Of a stretch of 64,000 nt of DNA, positions 48,802 to 58,966 are shown in pieces (the first letter of the stretch is position 1; each line of letters begins with the position of its first letter). A program made the position numbers and the translations under genes. The notes under the pieces were generated by a model. It did not search any database. It was not told where the DNA came from and saw only the letters and a list, made by a program, of their open reading frames with translations. The stretch is from Pseudomonadota bacterium (lineage in GTDB: Bacteria > Pseudomonadota > Alphaproteobacteria > Rhizobiales > Xanthobacteraceae): contig JBFLVM010000003.1 in NCBI GenBank assembly GCA_040758515.1, positions 505,426 through 569,425 on the forward strand. Direction: 5' to 3'.

Positions 48802-51243
48802 ATGACCGAACCGAACAAACTGCCGCCTCTCGACGTGCCGAGCCATCAGCCTGCCGCTGGCGGAATCGCGGCCCGTGCGCGCGCAGCATTGGCTCCGCAA
48901 TATCTGACCGCACTCAACCCCGAGCAGCGCGAAGCGGTCGAAACGCTCGATGGGCCTGTGCTTGTGCTGGCGGGTGCAGGCACCGGCAAGACGCGCGTTC
49001 TCACATCGCGCATTGCGCATATTCTTTCGATGGGCCGCGCGCGGCCGAACGAAATTCTCTCCGTCACCTTCACCAACAAGGCGGCGCGCGAGATGAAGCA
49101 TCGTCTGGGCGAAATGCTGGGACAAGCGGTCGAAGGCATGCCGTGGCTCGGCACCTTCCACTCCATCGGCGGAAGAATTCTGCGCTATCACGCCGAACTC
49201 GTGCAGCTTAAGTCCAATTTCACCGTGCTCGATGTCGATGACCAGATCCGCCTTCTCAAGCAACTGCTGCAAGCAGAGAACATCGACGACAAGCGATGGC
49301 CGGCGCGGATGCTCGCTGGTCTCATCGACGGCTGGAAAAATCGCGGACTGACGCCGTCACAAGTCCCGTCCGGCGAGGCCGCCGTCTTCGGTAACGGCAA
49401 GGGCGGCAAGCTCTATGCTGCCTATCAGGAACGGCTGAAGATTCTCAACGCAGCGGACTTCGGCGATCTGCTGCTCGAGAACATCCGGCTGTTCCGCGAA
49501 CATCCCGACGTGCTGCGGCAATATCAGAACCGATTTAGATTCATTCTGGTTGACGAGTATCAAGACACCAACGTCGCACAATATCTCTGGCTGCGGTTGC
49601 TGGCGCAGGCGCCGTCATCACCTGTCGCAATTGCAGACGGTGCGTCAGCCCCTTCGCTGTCCGCGCCGAAGAACATCTGCTGCGTCGGCGACGACGATCA
49701 GTCGATCTACGGCTGGCGCGGCGCGGAGGTCGATAACATCCTGCGCTTCGAGCACGACTTTCCCGGCGCGAAAGTCATTCGTCTCGAGCGCAACTATCGT
49801 TCGACCGGTCACATCCTGGCGGCAGCCTCGCATCTGATCGCGCATAACGAAGGCCGCCTCGGCAAGACTTTGCGGACTGAGGATGTCGATGGCGAGAAAG
49901 TCACCGTTACCGGCTCTTGGGATTCGGAAGAGGAAGCGCGCGGCATCGGCGAGGAAATCGAACAGCTCCAGCGCGCGGGCAGCAAATTGAACGAGATTGC
50001 GATTCTCGTGCGCGCCTCCTTCCAGATGCGCGAGTTTGAAGATCGCTTCGTCACGCTGGGCATGCCCTATCGCGTGATCGGCGGACCAAGGTTCTACGAA
50101 CGCGCTGAAGTGCGCGACGCACTCGCTTATCTACGAGTCATCAACTCACCGGCTGACGATCTCGCCTTTGAGCGCATCGTCAACGTGCCGAAGCGCGGAC
50201 TTGGCGACGCGACGCTTCAACTGCTTCACGACATCGGGCGAAAGCGCAAAATCCCCCTGATGGAAGCGGCACGCTCGATCATCGAAACCGATGAATTGAA
50301 GCCGAAGCCGCGTGGTAGTCTGCGCGAGGTCGTGACGAATTTCGACCGCTGGCGCGCGCAGCGCGATGTGATGCCGCACACTGAGCTGGCCGAAATCGTT
50401 CTCGACGAATCCGGCTACACCGAGATGTGGCAGAAAGATCGCTCCGCTGACGCGGCGGGACGACTCGAAAACTTGAAAGAGCTCGTGCGATCGATGGAGG
50501 AATTCGAGAACCTGCATGGATTCCTCGAACACATCTCTCTCGTGATGGATCGTGAAGGCGGCGCGGATGAGGATGCCGTATCGCTGATGACGCTCCATTC
50601 GGCGAAGGGACTCGAATTCGACAACGTATTTCTTCCGGGCTGGGAGGAAGGCCTGTTTCCGCATCAGCGTGCGCTCGACGAACAGGGCCGCGCAGGGTTG
50701 GAAGAAGAACGCCGCCTCGCTCATGTTGGCATCACGCGCGCGCGCAAACGCGCCAAACTGTTTTTCGCCACCAACCGCCGCATTCACGGCTCATGGTCCA
50801 CAACAATTCCGTCGCGCTTTCTCGATGAATTGCCCGCCGACAATGTCGAGATCACCGAATCCAAAGGCGGCTCGGGATGGGGCGGCGCTGGCGGCTACGG
50901 CGCCTCGCGTTTCGACAATGTCGAGTCGTTCGGATCGAGCTATTCAACGCCGGGCTGGCAGCGCGCGCAGGCCAATCGCGGTCGCAGCGGCTTCGACGAA
51001 ACCGGTGGACGTTACGATGCGGGCGGACGCAGCGCCCCCGGTGGCCGCAAGCCGATGACGATCGAAGGCGAACTAATCGCGAAATCGACCGGCACCGAAT
51101 CGGATTTCACGCTAGGCGACCGCGTGTTTCATCAAAAGTTCGGCTACGGCACGGTCGCCAAGATCGACGGCAACAAGTTGACCATCGCCTTCGAGAAAGC
51201 GGGCGAGAAGAAGGTCGTCGATAGTTTCGTCACAAAAGCATAG
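48802..51243 (+). CDS. uvrD: UvrD/PcrA family DNA helicase
   Basis: [58 protein letters not shown]. Confidence 0.96.
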   Translation: MTEPNKLPPLDVPSHQPAAGGIAARARAALAPQYLTALNPEQREAVETLDGPVLVLAGAGTGKTRVLTSRIAHILSMGRARPNEILSVTFTNKAAREMKHRLGEMLGQAVEGMPWLGTFHSIGGRILRYHAELVQLKSNFTVLDVDDQIRLLKQLLQAENIDDKRWPARMLAGLIDGWKNRGLTPSQVPSGEAAVFGNGKGGKLYAAYQERLKILNAADFGDLLLENIRLFREHPDVLRQYQNRFRFILVDEYQDTNVAQYLWLRLLAQAPSSPVAIADGASAPSLSAPKNICCVGDDDQSIYGWRGAEVDNILRFEHDFPGAKVIRLERNYRSTGHILAAASHLIAHNEGRLGKTLRTEDVDGEKVTVTGSWDSEEEARGIGEEIEQLQRAGSKLNEIAILVRASFQMREFEDRFVTLGMPYRVIGGPRFYERAEVRDALAYLRVINSPADDLAFERIVNVPKRGLGDATLQLLHDIGRKRKIPLMEAARSIIETDELKPKPRGSLREVVTNFDRWRAQRDVMPHTELAEIVLDESGYTEMWQKDRSADAAGRLENLKELVRSMEEFENLHGFLEHISLVMDREGGADEDAVSLMTLHSAKGLEFDNVFLPGWEEGLFPHQRALDEQGRAGLEEERRLAHVGITRARKRAKLFFATNRRIHGSWSTTIPSRFLDELPADNVEITESKGGSGWGGAGGYGASRFDNVESFGSSYSTPGWQRAQANRGRSGFDETGGRYDAGGRSAPGGRKPMTIEGELIAKSTGTESDFTLGDRVFHQKFGYGTVAKIDGNKLTIAFEKAGEKKVVDSFVTKA

Positions 51244-51323
51244 AAGCTGCGCGTGGGCGAAACGCCCTTGTGCACGGCGGTTTGCGCCGCTATCTGTGCA
51301 ACCCTTCCCGCATCAGAATTATC

Positions 51324-52241
51324 ATGCCCATTATCTCTGTTTCAAATCTGACCAAGACTTATGCGTCCGGGTTCACAGCTCTCAAGAACGTCAACCTCGA
51401 CATCGAGCGCGGCGAAATTTTCGCGCTGCTCGGTCCGAATGGCGCGGGCAAGACGACTTTAATTGGAGCGATCTGCGGTCTCGTGATGCCAAGTAGCGGC
51501 ACGGTGACGGTCGGCGGATACGACAACATCAAGAACTACCGCGAAGCACGCTCGCTGATCGGACTTGTTCCTCAAGAGCTTCACACGGATGCATGGGAGT
51601 CGCCATTCGCGACAGCATCGTTCAGCCGCGGCTTGTTCGGAAAGCCGAAGAATTCCGCGCTGATTGAGAAAATTCTCAAAGATCTTTCGCTGTGGGACAA
51701 ACGCAAGAGCCAGATCATTACGCTGTCCGGCGGCATGAAGCGCCGCGTGATGATCGCTAAAGCGCTGGCGCACGAGCCGCAGATTCTGTTCCTCGACGAG
51801 CCGACCGCAGGCGTTGACGTCGAACTGCGCAAGGCGATGTGGGACGTTGTGCGCGAATTGCGCGAGGCCGGTGTCACGATCATTCTCACGACTCACTACA
51901 TCGAGGAAGCCGAGGAGATGGCGGACCGCGTCGGCGTCATCAACAAGGGCGAGATCGTTCTGATCGAAGACAAAAAGAAGCTGATGCAGAAGCTCGGCAA
52001 GAAGCAGCTGAGTCTGCATCTGCAACAGAAGCTCGCGGCGATCCCGTCCTCGCTTGCCGCATATAAACTCGAACTCGCCGAAGACGGCCACGAGCTTGTC
52101 TATACCTACGACACCAAGGGTGAGCGTACCGGCATCACAACGCTGATGAACGATCTGCGGCAGGCCGGAATCGCCTTCAACGATCTCAACACCAAGCAAA
52201 GCTCGCTGGAAGAAATCTTCGTCAGCCTGGTGCACGCATGA
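51324..52241 (+). CDS. ABC-2 type transporter ATP-binding protein (YadG-like)
   Basis: [27 protein letters not shown]. Confidence 0.92.
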   Translation: MPIISVSNLTKTYASGFTALKNVNLDIERGEIFALLGPNGAGKTTLIGAICGLVMPSSGTVTVGGYDNIKNYREARSLIGLVPQELHTDAWESPFATASFSRGLFGKPKNSALIEKILKDLSLWDKRKSQIITLSGGMKRRVMIAKALAHEPQILFLDEPTAGVDVELRKAMWDVVRELREAGVTIILTTHYIEEAEEMADRVGVINKGEIVLIEDKKKLMQKLGKKQLSLHLQQKLAAIPSSLAAYKLELAEDGHELVYTYDTKGERTGITTLMNDLRQAGIAFNDLNTKQSSLEEIFVSLVHA

Positions 52242-52999
52242 ATCTTTACGCCGTCCGCGCGATCTATAAATATGAAATGGCGCGCACCCTGCGCACGCTG
52301 ATGCAGAGCGTCATCTCGCCGGTGATCTCGACGGCGCTGTATTTCGTCGTATTCGGCGCGGCCATCGGCTCGCGTATACAGCAGATTGACGGGATAACCT
52401 ACGGCACGTTCATCGTGCCGGGCCTCATCATGCTGTCGCTTTTGACGCAGAGCATCGCCAACGCATCGTTCGGCATTTATTTTCCCAAGTTCACCGGTAC
52501 CATCTATGAGCTGCTGTCCGCGCCGGTCTCGTCGTTCGAGGCGGTTCTTGGTTATGTCGGTGCGGCGGCCACCAAGTCGATGATCCTCGGTCTCATCATT
52601 CTCGCAACGGCTGGGTTTTTCGTCCCGTTGAAGATCATGCATCCGTTCGTGATGCTCACATTCCTGATCCTCACGAGCCTGACCTTCAGCCTGTTCGGAT
52701 TCATCATAGGTATCTGGGCGGACGGCTTCGAGAAATTGCAGGTGATTCCGCTGCTCGTCATTACGCCGCTGACGTTTCTTGGCGGCAGCTTCTATTCGAT
52801 CAACATGCTTCCGCCAATCTGGCAGACCATCGCGCTGTTCAATCCGGTTGTGTATCTCATCAGCGGGTTCCGCTGGAGCTTCTTCGAGATCGCCGATGTC
52901 AGCGTCGGCATCAGCCTCGGCATGACGTTCGCTTTTCTCGCGATATGCATGATCGCCGTGTGGTGGATCTTCAAGACCGGCTATCGGCTCAAAACCTGA
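52238..52999 (+). CDS. ABC-2 type transporter permease (YadH-like)
   Basis: [33 protein letters not shown]. Confidence 0.92.
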   Translation: MNLYAVRAIYKYEMARTLRTLMQSVISPVISTALYFVVFGAAIGSRIQQIDGITYGTFIVPGLIMLSLLTQSIANASFGIYFPKFTGTIYELLSAPVSSFEAVLGYVGAAATKSMILGLIILATAGFFVPLKIMHPFVMLTFLILTSLTFSLFGFIIGIWADGFEKLQVIPLLVITPLTFLGGSFYSINMLPPIWQTIALFNPVVYLISGFRWSFFEIADVSVGISLGMTFAFLAICMIAVWWIFKTGYRLKT

Positions 53000-53011
53000 A
53001 GCGAAACGAAG

Positions 53012-53033
53012 CACGCCCCGCGAGCGGGGCGTG
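53012..53033. terminator. GC hairpin between convergent genes
   Basis: CACGCCCCGC/GCGGGGCGTG inverted repeat; no clear U-tract. Confidence 0.35.
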
Positions 53034-53058
53034 AGACGATCGATCCGAATTCGAATCC

Positions 53059-53361
53059 TTACTGCGGGTGATAGACACCCTTGCTGTCGAAATATCCGCG
53101 GTTCTGCGGCGGCGGCACAGGGACCGGCTCGACAACACGCTCGGTCGTTCCAACCACGCCATTGACCGTTCCGCTGACTGCGCCGAGGCCGGCACCAAGC
53201 GCGCCGCCGACAACGCTTCCGACTGGACCGGCGGCCCGGCTGCCTTCATATGAACCCTGCGCGGCACCGCCGACGGCGCCGCTGACCGGATTGTTTTGCG
53301 CGAAGGCTGCGGCGGGAATTGCCAGCAACACAACCGCAAAAATGGACGATTTGATTTTCAT
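53059..53361 (-). CDS. Small secreted Gly-rich (glycine-zipper-like) hypothetical protein
   Basis: Signal peptide MKIKSSIFAVVLLAIPAAAFA/Q, GAVGGAAQG...GGALGAGLGA; RBS GGGAGG. Confidence 0.75.
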   Translation of the reverse strand: MKIKSSIFAVVLLAIPAAAFAQNNPVSGAVGGAAQGSYEGSRAAGPVGSVVGGALGAGLGAVSGTVNGVVGTTERVVEPVPVPPPQNRGYFDSKGVYHPQ

Positions 53362-53496
53362 TTGAGAAGCCTCCCTGCACGGCCGACGCCCGACCGGCTT
53401 CACGCGAACGCGACCCGCAGGTTGCTTCAACTCCAGAGAAATTACAACGCGGTTCGATTGCGCAGCGAAACGCCCCGCAAACGGAGCATTCGCCGT

Positions 53497-53744
53497 TCAC
53501 GCGGCTGAACGGTCAATAGCGCAGACAATAACGCCCGCGCCGGCTGCCCCTCCGAAAACCCCGCCGACCGGCCCGGCAACCCGGCTGCCTCTGTAAGAGC
53601 CTTCGGCCGCGCCGCCTGCCATGCCGTTGAGTACACCCCGCGCATGAGAAACACTTGGTACCGCAAGAAATGCCAGCGCCACGCCAATTAAGGCAAAGCG
53701 CCGTTGCGCGGCCGCGAAAGTCGTCGAGAAATCACGGCGTTCAT
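53497..53744 (-). pseudogene. Probable frameshifted paralogue of the 53059-53361 protein
   Basis: AGGAGG plus ATG 53744 reads 18 codons to TAA; another frame carries a signal-peptide-like stretch and GGAAEGSYRGSRVAGPVGGVFGGAAGAG matching the neighbour. Confidence 0.55.
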
Positions 53745-53951
53745 CTTGGGAGGCCTCCTGTGCGGTGCCTCGGCCCGCTGGACAACATCCGAAACACGCG
53801 AAGGTTGCCCTGATGCAAGAAGATCCCCGTGGCGTTTCCTTCTGTTCACGAAAGAGCTACCGCCGTTCATCAACCTTAAGATCGCCTGGCGGTTAAAAAG
53901 CCATCTTCGATGTTCTACTTTGGAGCTGTAGTAACGGGTGAGGCCGAAGTC

Positions 53952-54785
53952 ATGCGTTCGACGCTGATTCCAATTGCCGGACTGATGCTGCTCGCGACGA
54001 GCGCGGCGCAGGCCGCTGTCGACATCACCGTGGACAAGAACCAGCAACGCATGACCGTCGCCGTCGATGGCGTGACCAAATACAACTGGCCGGTGTCGAG
54101 CGGCAATCCTTCGCATGAGACGCCGAACGGCAGCTTCCGCACTTTCCGCATGGAAGAGGATCACTACTCGAAGGAATTCGACGATGCGCCGATGCCGCAC
54201 GCGATCTTCTTCACCAAGCAGGGGCACGCAATCCACGGCACGGACTCCGTGAACCGTCTCGGCACGCCCGCCTCGCATGGCTGCGTGCGGCTGTCGCGCG
54301 CGAATGCGCAGACGCTCTGGGATCTTGTCAAAGAGCAAGGCGTGCTGAACACCACCGTCACGCTGACGGGATCGTCGCAGGTCGCGCTGGCGCGAAATCC
54401 GAAACCGAGTGCGGTGGCTGCGGCGCGCCCGGCACCAACCTACGATGCCTACGGCCAACCGTTGCAGATCGCGCCGCAGCAGCGCGCCAATCCGCAATAT
54501 TCAACCAACGACCAATACAGCGAGGATATTTACAGCAACAATCGTGCCCGCACGCCCTCGCCTGATCGCGACTATGCCAGCCAGACCTATCAGGATCAGA
54601 CCTATCAACCTGAAGTTCATCCGCGCAGCTATTACTACGGGTCGAACGAACAACGCTGGCCGCAGCAACAACAGCGGCGCATCTATGTCGATTCGCAAAC
54701 CGGCCAGCAGTATTACGCGCAGGACGACGACGACGGCGAACGCTATATCCGTCCGCGTTACTACTACGGTCAGCGCGGCTATTGA
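53952..54785 (-). CDS. placeholder-corrected strand entry: see plus-strand L,D-transpeptidase
   Basis: No minus-strand gene is supported here; disregard this entry, the gene is on the plus strand. Confidence 0.
53952..54785 (+). CDS. L,D-transpeptidase (YkuD) with Gln/Tyr-rich C-terminal tail
   Basis: Signal peptide; WPVSSG, AIHGT...GTPASHGCVRL catalytic motif; start ATG 53952. Confidence 0.93.
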   Translation: MRSTLIPIAGLMLLATSAAQAAVDITVDKNQQRMTVAVDGVTKYNWPVSSGNPSHETPNGSFRTFRMEEDHYSKEFDDAPMPHAIFFTKQGHAIHGTDSVNRLGTPASHGCVRLSRANAQTLWDLVKEQGVLNTTVTLTGSSQVALARNPKPSAVAAARPAPTYDAYGQPLQIAPQQRANPQYSTNDQYSEDIYSNNRARTPSPDRDYASQTYQDQTYQPEVHPRSYYYGSNEQRWPQQQQRRIYVDSQTGQQYYAQDDDDGERYIRPRYYYGQRGY

Positions 54786-54798
54786 TCCGAACGTGCGA

Positions 54799-57078
54799 TC
54801 AGTCTTCGTCGCCGTTCTTCAGCCGCCGCCAGACCGCTCCCAGAATATTCGAGTAGTCGTCCGTCCACACGCGCTGGCCTTCGGTTGCTTCCGTGAGATA
54901 CCATTTGTCGTCGGACGCGAGCTTGCCGACATCGGCTTCCTCGCGCGCGGAGATCACCACCTCTGTCGTGAAGATGTATTCGCTGTCGCGGCCTGAGTCC
55001 TCGTTATACACCCAGCTCTTCAAATCGTTCTCTTCGGCGATGCCGACGACAACGCTGACGAGATCGAGATGCCGGTTGGAGACGTGCATCAGCACAGCGC
55101 CGTGCGGCGCGAGCTTGGATTTGTATATTTCCATCGCCTCTTCGGTCGCGAGGTGAATCGGAATAGCGTCCGACGAATATGCATCGACGATAATCAGATC
55201 GTAAACGCCGTCCGGCTCTTTTGCGAAAGTCAGCCGCGCGTCGCCGATCACCGGCTTCATGTCCGGCTGGCATGACTGGATGTAGGTGAAATATTTCGGG
55301 TCGCGCGCGGTATCGACCATGGTCTGATCGATCTCGAAGAATTTCCAGGTCTCACCGGGCTGCGACTGGCACGCTAGCGTTCCGGCGCCGAGGCCGATCA
55401 CGGCAACGCGAAGCGGCGCACCCTTGCGCTCGCGGATGGCGGTGATCGCGCGGCCGATGCCGCCGTCATTGTGATAGTAACTGATCGGTTCCGGCCGGCC
55501 CTTGGTAGGTGAACCATCGTCTTCCTGGAATTTCTCAGCGCCGTGGATCGTCGTGCCGTGCATCAGAACGTGATACTGGCCGTGTGGCGTGACAACGATT
55601 TTGTGCACGCCGAAGAAGCTGCGAACCGTATCGACGCGACCCTCGTCCGCCGGATAGAGCCGGATGAGAACAAGCCCGAGCGCAACGACGCTCGCGAATT
55701 TCCAGCGATCGATGCTGAACAGCACCGCAAGGATCATGGCGGCGATGGCGACCGATGTGACCACCCACACGCGATTCGTTTCAAGATAGTCGGCGATGCC
55801 GCCGCTTCGATATGAAAATGCAACAAGTGTCAGCGCGGCGACGACAGCAATCAACCACAACCAAAGGCCTGCGCGCGAATTAGACGATCCCGCCGGACGG
55901 CAGAGTGCCGACAGTGCGAGCAGGATCGGATACTCGGCAATCCAGGAAAAAATATACGGCGCGAGCAGGCCTGCGAACAATCCGCCGACCATGCCGCCGA
56001 ACGACAGCGCGACGTAGAAGCCTGTGAGGTATTGCGCCGCCGGGCGCGTGCGCGCGAGTTCTCCATGGCAGGCCATTGCGATCAGGAAAAAACACAGCAG
56101 ATGGCCGCCGAGTGTCACTAAAAGATTCTGCTCGCCGGAAAACGCCAACAACACGACACCGCCGGCGATGGCCAACGGCTGCACTCTCAGCATCCAATCG
56201 TGCGGCAGCAGCGGACGTGACTGAAACACCAGCACCCATGTCAGCAAATAGAGCGACAATGGCAGTACCCACAGCAGAGGCGCTGCCGCTACGTCGGTCG
56301 AAATATGGGCCGTAACCGCGATCAGAAGCCCCGATGGCACGGCGGCAAGGAAAATCCATCTTGCACGCGTGACCGATGTGGGCGGAGGCGCATCGCCATC
56401 GCTTGCTTCGATGGCCGCGACCGACATCGGCGGAGAACGGACAAGAAGGAAGCCGCACGCGGCGATCAAAACGATCAGCAACCCGTAACCGGCGGTCCAC
56501 ATCAGATTCTGCGTGCGCAGCGTGAATATCGGCTCAAACAGAAACGGATAGCTCAGCAGCGCGAGAAAGCTGCCGATGTTCGACGACGCATAGAGAAAAT
56601 ACGGATCGGGCCCATCCGGATGGCCAGTACGAACGAACCATGCCTGTAGCATCGGGTTGTTCGCCGCCAGCGCAAAGAACGGAAGGCCGATCGAGACGGC
56701 GAACAATCCGAGCAGCCAGAACGCGTAACCGCTCGCCGGCGATTCGCCCCATCCGTTCGCAATCGAGAGCGGCAGGGTCAGCATCGCGACGGCGAGCAGC
56801 GCGAGATGAATGATGACCGGTGCGACGCGGCTCTTGAGCGTCATCAAATAATGCGCGTATGCGTAACCACCGAGCAGCAGCGACTGGAAGAACACCATCG
56901 CTACCGACCACACCGCCGGCGATCCACCGAGACGCGGCAGCACCATTTTTGTGAACAGCGGCTGCACAGAGAACAGCAGCAGTGCGCTCGTAAAAATGGA
57001 TGCCGTATAGACGACGAGAACAAGCCTGTTACGCGCGCCGGATGACTGGCTCGCGATTTCGGACGGCATTGCTGACAT
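54799..57078 (-). CDS. Fused multi-TM membrane domain plus spermidine-synthase-like SAM-binding domain
   Basis: LLFSVQP..TKMVLPRLGGSPAVW N-terminus; HGTTIHG, VIGLGAGTLA, IIVDAYSSDAIPIHL, WTDDYSNI. Confidence 0.88.
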   Translation of the reverse strand: MSAMPSEIASQSSGARNRLVLVVYTASIFTSALLLFSVQPLFTKMVLPRLGGSPAVWSVAMVFFQSLLLGGYAYAHYLMTLKSRVAPVIIHLALLAVAMLTLPLSIANGWGESPASGYAFWLLGLFAVSIGLPFFALAANNPMLQAWFVRTGHPDGPDPYFLYASSNIGSFLALLSYPFLFEPIFTLRTQNLMWTAGYGLLIVLIAACGFLLVRSPPMSVAAIEASDGDAPPPTSVTRARWIFLAAVPSGLLIAVTAHISTDVAAAPLLWVLPLSLYLLTWVLVFQSRPLLPHDWMLRVQPLAIAGGVVLLAFSGEQNLLVTLGGHLLCFFLIAMACHGELARTRPAAQYLTGFYVALSFGGMVGGLFAGLLAPYIFSWIAEYPILLALSALCRPAGSSNSRAGLWLWLIAVVAALTLVAFSYRSGGIADYLETNRVWVVTSVAIAAMILAVLFSIDRWKFASVVALGLVLIRLYPADEGRVDTVRSFFGVHKIVVTPHGQYHVLMHGTTIHGAEKFQEDDGSPTKGRPEPISYYHNDGGIGRAITAIRERKGAPLRVAVIGLGAGTLACQSQPGETWKFFEIDQTMVDTARDPKYFTYIQSCQPDMKPVIGDARLTFAKEPDGVYDLIIVDAYSSDAIPIHLATEEAMEIYKSKLAPHGAVLMHVSNRHLDLVSVVVGIAEENDLKSWVYNEDSGRDSEYIFTTEVVISAREEADVGKLASDDKWYLTEATEGQRVWTDDYSNILGAVWRRLKNGDED

Positions 57079-57207
57079 GAAGACTCCGGCGAATCCCGGC
57101 AAATCGCCGGAGGCACCAGATAGGAGCATAGCCACCGGCAGCGGGCAAGAACATGCGCGTGATAGAAAATCCTCGCGCGCTCCGCTCTGCGCGACTATGA
57201 CAGACCT

Positions 57208-58809
57208 ATGCCGGATTGCGATGCACTTATCATCGGCGCAGGCCACAACGGCCTCACGTGCGCGGCCTATCTCGCGATGAACGGGCTTCGCGTGAAGGTG
57301 ATCGAACGGCGCAAGGTCGTCGGCGGCGCGGCGGTGACGGAGGAGTTCCACCCCGGATTCAGAAACTCGGTCGCCGCCTATACCGTCAGTCTGCTGAATT
57401 CAAAGGTGATCGACGATCTCCAGTTGCATCGCTACGGTCTTCGCATCGTGGAACGGCGCGCGCAGAATTTCCTTCCCGCGCCGGACGGCAGCTATCTCCT
57501 CACCGGCGAAGGACGAACGCACCAATCGCTTGCCAAACTCAGCGAGCGCGATGCGCTTGCCATCGACGGCTTCAATGCCGAACTGGAAAGCATCGCCGAC
57601 GTGCTGCGGCAATTCGTTCTGCGTGCGCCGCCGGATTTGGTCGAAGGATTCGGGCCGCGCGCGATCCGCGAGTCATTGAATGCGCTTGGTACCGCAAACA
57701 TCCTGCGCGGACTTGATATTGAGAGTCAGCGCGTGCTTCTCGATCTTTTCACGCGCTCGGCCGGCGAAATGCTCGACGAGCGTTTCGAGAGCGATCTCAT
57801 CAAGGCGCTGTTCGGTTTCGACGCCATTGTCGGCAACTACGCCAGTCCCTACGCGGCGGGTTCGGCTTACGTGATGCTGCATCACGCCTTCGGCGAAGTG
57901 AACGGCAAGAAAGGGCTGTGGGGCCACGCCATCGGCGGCATGGGCGCGATCACGCAAGCGATGGCGCTCGCGGCAAAAGCGCGAGGCGCCGAGATCGAGA
58001 CCGATGCAGGTGTGCGTGAGATCATTGTCGAAGGTGATCGCGCAGTCGGTGTTGTCGCCGAGAACGGTAAAGCTATTCGCGCGGACTACATTGTCTCGAG
58101 CGTCAATCCGAAATTGCTATACACGAAACTCGTTCCCATGAACGCTTTGCCCGAACCATTTCTGAAACGCATTTCAAACTGGAAGAACGGCTCCGGCACA
58201 TTCCGAATGAATGTCGCGCTTTCCGAACTGCCGTCGTTCACGGCGCTGCCCGGCCAAGGCGATCATCTCACCTCGGGAATTATTCTCGCGCCGTCGCTCG
58301 GCTACATGGATCGCGCATGGCTCGACGCCAAGCAATTCGGCTGGAGCCGCGAGCCGGTGGTGGAAATGCTGATCCCTTCCACACTCGACGATACGCTCGC
58401 GCCCGAAAGCAAGCACGTTGCCAGCCTTTTCTGTCAGCACGTCGCGCCTCAACTGCCAGACGGCTCATCGTGGGACGAGCATCGCGAAGAAGTCGCGGAC
58501 CTGATGATTGCAATGGTGGATCGTTACGCGCCGGGTTTTGCGCGAAGCGTGATGGGGCGACAAATTCTGACGCCGCTAGATTTGGAGCGTGATTTCGGGT
58601 TGCTCGGCGGCGACATTTTCCACGGCGCACTGTCGCTCAATCAGCTGTTCTCGGCGCGGCCGATGCTCGGCTACGCAGGTTATCGCGGGCCGCTGAAGGG
58701 CCTTTATCATTGCGGTTCGGGCGCGCATCCCGGCGGCGGCGTCACCGGCGCTCCGGGACATAACGCGGCGAAAGTCATTCTCGGCGATCACCGCTCGTTT
58801 TTCGTATAG
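57208..58809 (+). CDS. Phytoene dehydrogenase-related FAD oxidoreductase (COG1233-like)
   Basis: IIGAGHNGL, GGAAVTEEF, GGMGAIT, TPLDLE, CGSGAHPGGGVTGAPGHNAA. Confidence 0.88.
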   Translation: MPDCDALIIGAGHNGLTCAAYLAMNGLRVKVIERRKVVGGAAVTEEFHPGFRNSVAAYTVSLLNSKVIDDLQLHRYGLRIVERRAQNFLPAPDGSYLLTGEGRTHQSLAKLSERDALAIDGFNAELESIADVLRQFVLRAPPDLVEGFGPRAIRESLNALGTANILRGLDIESQRVLLDLFTRSAGEMLDERFESDLIKALFGFDAIVGNYASPYAAGSAYVMLHHAFGEVNGKKGLWGHAIGGMGAITQAMALAAKARGAEIETDAGVREIIVEGDRAVGVVAENGKAIRADYIVSSVNPKLLYTKLVPMNALPEPFLKRISNWKNGSGTFRMNVALSELPSFTALPGQGDHLTSGIILAPSLGYMDRAWLDAKQFGWSREPVVEMLIPSTLDDTLAPESKHVASLFCQHVAPQLPDGSSWDEHREEVADLMIAMVDRYAPGFARSVMGRQILTPLDLERDFGLLGGDIFHGALSLNQLFSARPMLGYAGYRGPLKGLYHCGSGAHPGGGVTGAPGHNAAKVILGDHRSFFV

Positions 58810-58817
58810 ATCGCAGC

Positions 58818-58838
58818 TGTGGATAAGCCCGTGGATAA
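58818..58838. promoter_or_regulatory. Tandem DnaA-box-like 9-mers
   Basis: TGTGGATAA (reverse complement of TTATCCACA) at 58818-58826 and CGTGGATAA at 58830-58838. Confidence 0.55.
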
Positions 58839-58966
58839 GCGCCGCATAAGTCCGGGGAAATCCGCTTCTAAAGCCGGTATAACGTGTCTGAATACTCAAG
58901 CGAAACGCATGGACAGGCTGTGAAAGCCGCGCGATACAGAGCTTAAATTCAGCACATTAGAACCGC

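Noticed and set aside
53876-53896. Two TTAA half-sites upstream of the L,D-transpeptidase as a CtrA box
   Set aside because: Spacing is 13 nt rather than TTAA-N7-TTAA.
53952-54785. Minus-strand entry for this interval in the feature list (confidence 0)
   Set aside because: Entry error; only the plus-strand L,D-transpeptidase is supported.
58818-58960. DnaA boxes as the chromosomal origin
   Set aside because: Only two boxes, a short GC-rich gap, no AT-rich unwinding element and no typical origin-flanking genes.
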